A DNA stretch of 64,000 bases from positions 50,963 to 114,962 of the forward strand of contig BTVJ01000016.1 of NCBI GenBank assembly GCA_045863395.1. Reading direction: 5' to 3'. The notes beneath the pieces are model-generated. The model saw only the letters and a list, made by a program, of their open reading frames with translations. It ran no database searches and was not told the DNA's origin. Both the position numbers and the translations under genes were made by a program. This document shows, piece after piece, positions 61,004 through 64,000 of the stretch. Origin of the DNA: Myxococcales bacterium (GTDB lineage: Bacteria > Myxococcota_A > UBA9042 > JABWCM01 > BTVJ01). Position 1 is the first letter of the stretch, and the number at the start of each line of letters is the position of its first letter.

Positions 61004-61975
61004 ATGAAGAACCAACGACACCCCGCCGTGCTCCTCGCGCTCGCCACCATTGCCACCACAGCGTGTGGCCCACCGGCGCTCACGGGTTCCGAGGGCGACG
61101 ATGAAGGTTCCCCCGCCTACGGGCACGCGACCGCGGACGCGAACGAATCCTGGGAGCATGGGTCGAGCGGAGACGAGCAGGGCGTGGATGGAGCGTCCGC
61201 CGACCGGCCTGCGGAAGACGTGGGGGCCAAGTTGGATCCGGTCCCAACGCCACCTGACCGAGAAGGACCAGTGTTCACCTGGAGCGAGTTCATCGCGACC
61301 GCCGCGGACCTGAACGGCCTCCCCAGCACGCTGGCGGACCCGGACAGCCGCGGGGGCAGCGTCGAGCTGAACTTCAACGGCTGGTGGGACTTCCGCGGCG
61401 AGTGGGCGGACCCACCCTACGAGGCGGCCATCCTCACGCTGCGCAACGGGGCCAGCGCCGTCCTGGAGCAGTGGCACCTCAACCGCTTCGCGCCGCCCGG
61501 GGTCCACGCCGACGGGTGCAACCCGGCCCGCGAGTGGCCCGAGTGCTGGCTCCACGCCCCCGCAGCGATCATCGACGGCGTGCTGAGCGCGGCCGTGCCC
61601 ACCGCGGCGACCTCGTCGAACGACGGCTTCGACGCATCCGGTCTGCGGGTGGAGGTGAGCGGCTCGCTCCACCTGGACTATGCGAAGCCTCCCCCGTTCA
61701 CCAGCAACTCCCACGAGCACATGGTCATCACGTGGGACGCACCGCTGGGGCTGGACACGGCCCAGGTGCTGCTGCGAGGCCGCTACGACCGGGGCCTCGA
61801 CGGACTCGACGGCGCGGACGTCATGATCGACATCGTGCGGCTCAACCTGCCGCTGGCCCCGGATCTGGTGCCGCCCTTCGTCAGCATCCTCGAGCTGACC
61901 GAGACCCGCGTCACGATCCAGGTGCCCGTCCAGCCAGCCCTCGAGTGGGTCCAGGACCACTACCAGGGTCGCTGA
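61004..61975 (+). CDS. Lipoprotein of unknown function
   Basis: Signal peptide with lipobox-like TTAC, acidic linker, Trp-rich globular domain; no family recognised. Confidence 0.55.
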   Translation: MKNQRHPAVLLALATIATTACGPPALTGSEGDDEGSPAYGHATADANESWEHGSSGDEQGVDGASADRPAEDVGAKLDPVPTPPDREGPVFTWSEFIATAADLNGLPSTLADPDSRGGSVELNFNGWWDFRGEWADPPYEAAILTLRNGASAVLEQWHLNRFAPPGVHADGCNPAREWPECWLHAPAAIIDGVLSAAVPTAATSSNDGFDASGLRVEVSGSLHLDYAKPPPFTSNSHEHMVITWDAPLGLDTAQVLLRGRYDRGLDGLDGADVMIDIVRLNLPLAPDLVPPFVSILELTETRVTIQVPVQPALEWVQDHYQGR

Positions 61976-62029
61976 GCCTCCTGCGCGAAAACATCTCACC
62001 CGATTCACTCGATCATCGTTTCATGCCCC

Positions 62030-62050
62030 ATGTGTTGCAATAGTACACAT
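62030..62050. promoter_or_regulatory. Inverted repeat, candidate enhancer (bEBP binding site)
   Basis: ATGTGT-N9-ACACAT in an AT-rich intergenic region, about 95 bp upstream of the -24 element. Confidence 0.5.
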
Positions 62051-62090
62051 ACAGCGTGAGCCTGCCGCAACACCGAGCCCAGCTCACCCG

Positions 62091-62117
62091 AATAACAAAA
62101 GCGATATCAGCAGCTTC
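62091..62117 (+). promoter_or_regulatory. Candidate IHF site
   Basis: A-tract AATAACAAAA followed by TATCAGCAGCTTC (one mismatch to WATCARNNNNTTR). Confidence 0.4.
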
Positions 62118-62134
62118 AACCATTGCCAAGCCGC

Positions 62135-62150
62135 TGGCACGAGCGCTGCA
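62135..62150 (+). promoter_or_regulatory. Sigma54 (-24/-12) promoter
   Basis: TGGCAC-GAGCG-CTGCA, with exact GG-N10-GC spacing, 48 bp before the ATG at 62199. Confidence 0.7.
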
Positions 62151-62198
62151 AGATGACCACACCGTCAGACAACACTGCAATCTTGGGAGGAGGACCCC

Positions 62199-64000
62199 AT
62201 GAAGAGCTGGAGACGACTTGGGTGGTGGGTAGTGGCGGCGATGGCGGCGAGCGGCTGCGAGCCGAGCACCAAGGGCTACGGGCCGGCCACGACGGGCGGA
62301 CCGAGCAACCCGCCGATCACGACCCACGGCAAGAGCCTGGCGGCCCTGACGGCCGTGGAGGGCTGCGACGAGGTGCTGGAGCTGATGCAGGCGCAGACCC
62401 TGGAGGCGACCAAGGCGCAGGTCGAGCAGAACCGCGCCATGGCGCTCCAGATGCTCAACGACGAGTACGGCTGCTACTGGGGGATGGAGGGCGACTCCTT
62501 CGGTGGTGGTGGCGGGACGGCGGGCGCGCCGGCATCCGGAGCGCCGCAGGGAGCTGCGGCGCCGGGTAGCAACGACAGCGCCAAGAGCTACTCCACCACG
62601 AACAACCAGGTGGCCGGAGTCGACGAGGCGGACTTCCTCAAGAACGATGGCGAGCACATCTACGTCCTCGCGGATGGCAAGCTGCAGATCGTCGACGCCT
62701 GGCCCCCCGAGCAGGCGCACCTGGTCTCGGCGACCCCCATCGAGGGGATCCCGAAGAAGCTCTTCGTGCACGAGGGTCGGGCGCTGGTGTATTCGTCCCT
62801 GGACTCGCTGAGCCAAGGCGGGTCGAGCTCCATGGGAGACGCGGGCTACGCCTGGGAGCCCTCCGAGTGCACCTACGGCTACGACTGCGAGTTCACGGGA
62901 GACGGGCGCGCGCTGAAGCTCACCGTGCTGGACCTGAGCAACCTGGCGGAGCCGACGGTGCTCCGCGAGACGACCATGACGGGCTCGTACCTGAGCTCCC
63001 GGCGCATCGGCGACGTGGCGTACACGGTGGTCTCCTTCCCCGAGGTCAGCGTCCCGGGCGTCAAGCTGTGGCCCGACGACCTGAGCGACCCGTGGAGCTG
63101 GTGCTGGAGCTCGGAGGCCAAACCGACCGCCGAGCAGCTCCACGCCGCCTTCGACGCCCTCAAGGACGCCAACGAGGCGCAGGTCGCCGCGTCCGCGATC
63201 ACCGACTACCTGCCGAGCATGACGGACACCCGGCACGTCCCCGGTGCTGAGCCCATCGTGGAGTCGGGGCTCCTGTCCGAGTGCAAGGGCTTCTACAAGA
63301 GCGAGACCGGCGACGGGGGCAGCCTGCTGTCCGTAGTGAGCGGGGACATGACCGGCCTCGGCCCCATCGGCGCCACGACCATCGTCGGCCGCCCCGGCGC
63401 GGTCTACGCGTCGTCCGAGGCGCTCTACGTGGGGCAGCGCCACTACGCCTCGGAGATGTCCACCTGGTTCTGGGACGGCGCGGGCAGCGACGACGAGGCC
63501 ACGACCGTCCACAAGTTCCTGCTGGACGGCGGCGCGACGGTCTATGCGGGGAGCGGCGTCGTGAAGGGGCGCGTGCTCAACCAGTTCGCCATGGACGAGC
63601 ACCAGGGCCACCTGCGCATCGCGACCACCAAGGGGCACCTGCCGAGCCCCGACGTCCACAGCACGCTGTCCGTGCTGGCCCAGGGCGACGGCGCCCTCGA
63701 CGTGGTCGGCCAGATCGACCACATCGCCCCGACGGAGGACATCCGCTCCGTGCGCTTCGACGGCGACCGGGGCTACATCGTGACCTTCAAGAAGACGGAC
63801 CCCCTCTTCGTGCTGGACCTGGCGGACCCGAAGGCGCCCGTCATCCGAGGAGAGCTCAAGATCCCCGGCTTCTCCACCTACATGCACATGATGGACGACG
63901 ACCACCTCCTGAGCATCGGCTACGACGCCGACGACCAGGGCAGCTTCGCGTGGTTCACGGGCATCCAGCTCCAGGTGATGGACGTGGCTGACATGGCGTC
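62199..64000 (+). CDS. Secreted beta-propeller-domain lipoprotein (Beta_propel/PF09826-like), 3' truncated by window edge; absent from ORF track
   Basis: GGAGGAGG RBS; MKSWRRLGWWVVAAMAASGC lipobox; 'YSTTNNQVAGVDEADFLKNDG', 'V.GRVLNQFAMDEH.G.LRIATT', 'EDIRSVRF.GDRGYIVTFKKTDPLFVLDL...GELKIPGFSTYMH'. Confidence 0.88.
   Translation, partial: MKSWRRLGWWVVAAMAASGCEPSTKGYGPATTGGPSNPPITTHGKSLAALTAVEGCDEVLELMQAQTLEATKAQVEQNRAMALQMLNDEYGCYWGMEGDSFGGGGGTAGAPASGAPQGAAAPGSNDSAKSYSTTNNQVAGVDEADFLKNDGEHIYVLADGKLQIVDAWPPEQAHLVSATPIEGIPKKLFVHEGRALVYSSLDSLSQGGSSSMGDAGYAWEPSECTYGYDCEFTGDGRALKLTVLDLSNLAEPTVLRETTMTGSYLSSRRIGDVAYTVVSFPEVSVPGVKLWPDDLSDPWSWCWSSEAKPTAEQLHAAFDALKDANEAQVAASAITDYLPSMTDTRHVPGAEPIVESGLLSECKGFYKSETGDGGSLLSVVSGDMTGLGPIGATTIVGRPGAVYASSEALYVGQRHYASEMSTWFWDGAGSDDEATTVHKFLLDGGATVYAGSGVVKGRVLNQFAMDEHQGHLRIATTKGHLPSPDVHSTLSVLAQGDGALDVVGQIDHIAPTEDIRSVRFDGDRGYIVTFKKTDPLFVLDLADPKAPVIRGELKIPGFSTYMHMMDDDHLLSIGYDADDQGSFAWFTGIQLQVMDVADMA

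Noticed and set aside
1..64000. tRNA, rRNA, prophage or IS elements
   Set aside because: None were recognisable by eye, and intergenic gaps are short. tRNAscan/Infernal were not run, so small RNAs cannot be excluded.

Overview
This is a very GC-rich (roughly 70%+ by eye), densely coding bacterial window. It most likely comes from a Myxococcota-type organism: three MYXO-CTERM-like tails, a Ser/Thr kinase-PEGA module and many lipoproteins with acidic low-complexity linkers. Layout: 1-10 kb is the end of a Wzx/Wzy-type polysaccharide operon (Wzc-like protein with a degenerate kinase, Wza, a Pol-beta-type nucleotidyltransferase, an alkaline-phosphatase-superfamily enzyme, WecG/TagA GT, RfbF/RfbG-like pair, flippase, GT4). 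10-17.6 kb holds lipoproteins around an HTH-PBP regulator/modABC cassette. 17.7-22.3 kb is the most interesting locus: a lipoprotein with five Ig-like domains and a 10-heme (2 x 5) cytochrome c head, divergent from a SatP/YaaH acetate channel fused to a winged-helix-like domain, with an FNR/CRP-type palindrome between them. 23-31 kb has a kinase/PEGA/lipoprotein trio and a surface-sorted M23 peptidase. 32-43 kb has a ferredoxin-NADP+ reductase, a porin plus PHP metallohydrolase, YARHG, DUF1697 and glgA. 43.5-64 kb has large surface or adhesin proteins (Ig/LamG lipoprotein, fibre-like double fibrinogen-domain protein, matrixin, Cys-repeat proteins including a ~1900-aa Dictyostelium-repeat protein), infA, yggT, and a beta-propeller lipoprotein with a sigma54-type promoter that runs off the right edge. 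I saw no rRNA, tRNA, CRISPR array, integrase, transposase or reverse transcriptase. All family assignments come from motif recognition by eye, with no database searches. Many starts were moved from the ORF track to the codon with an RBS, signal peptide or translational coupling.
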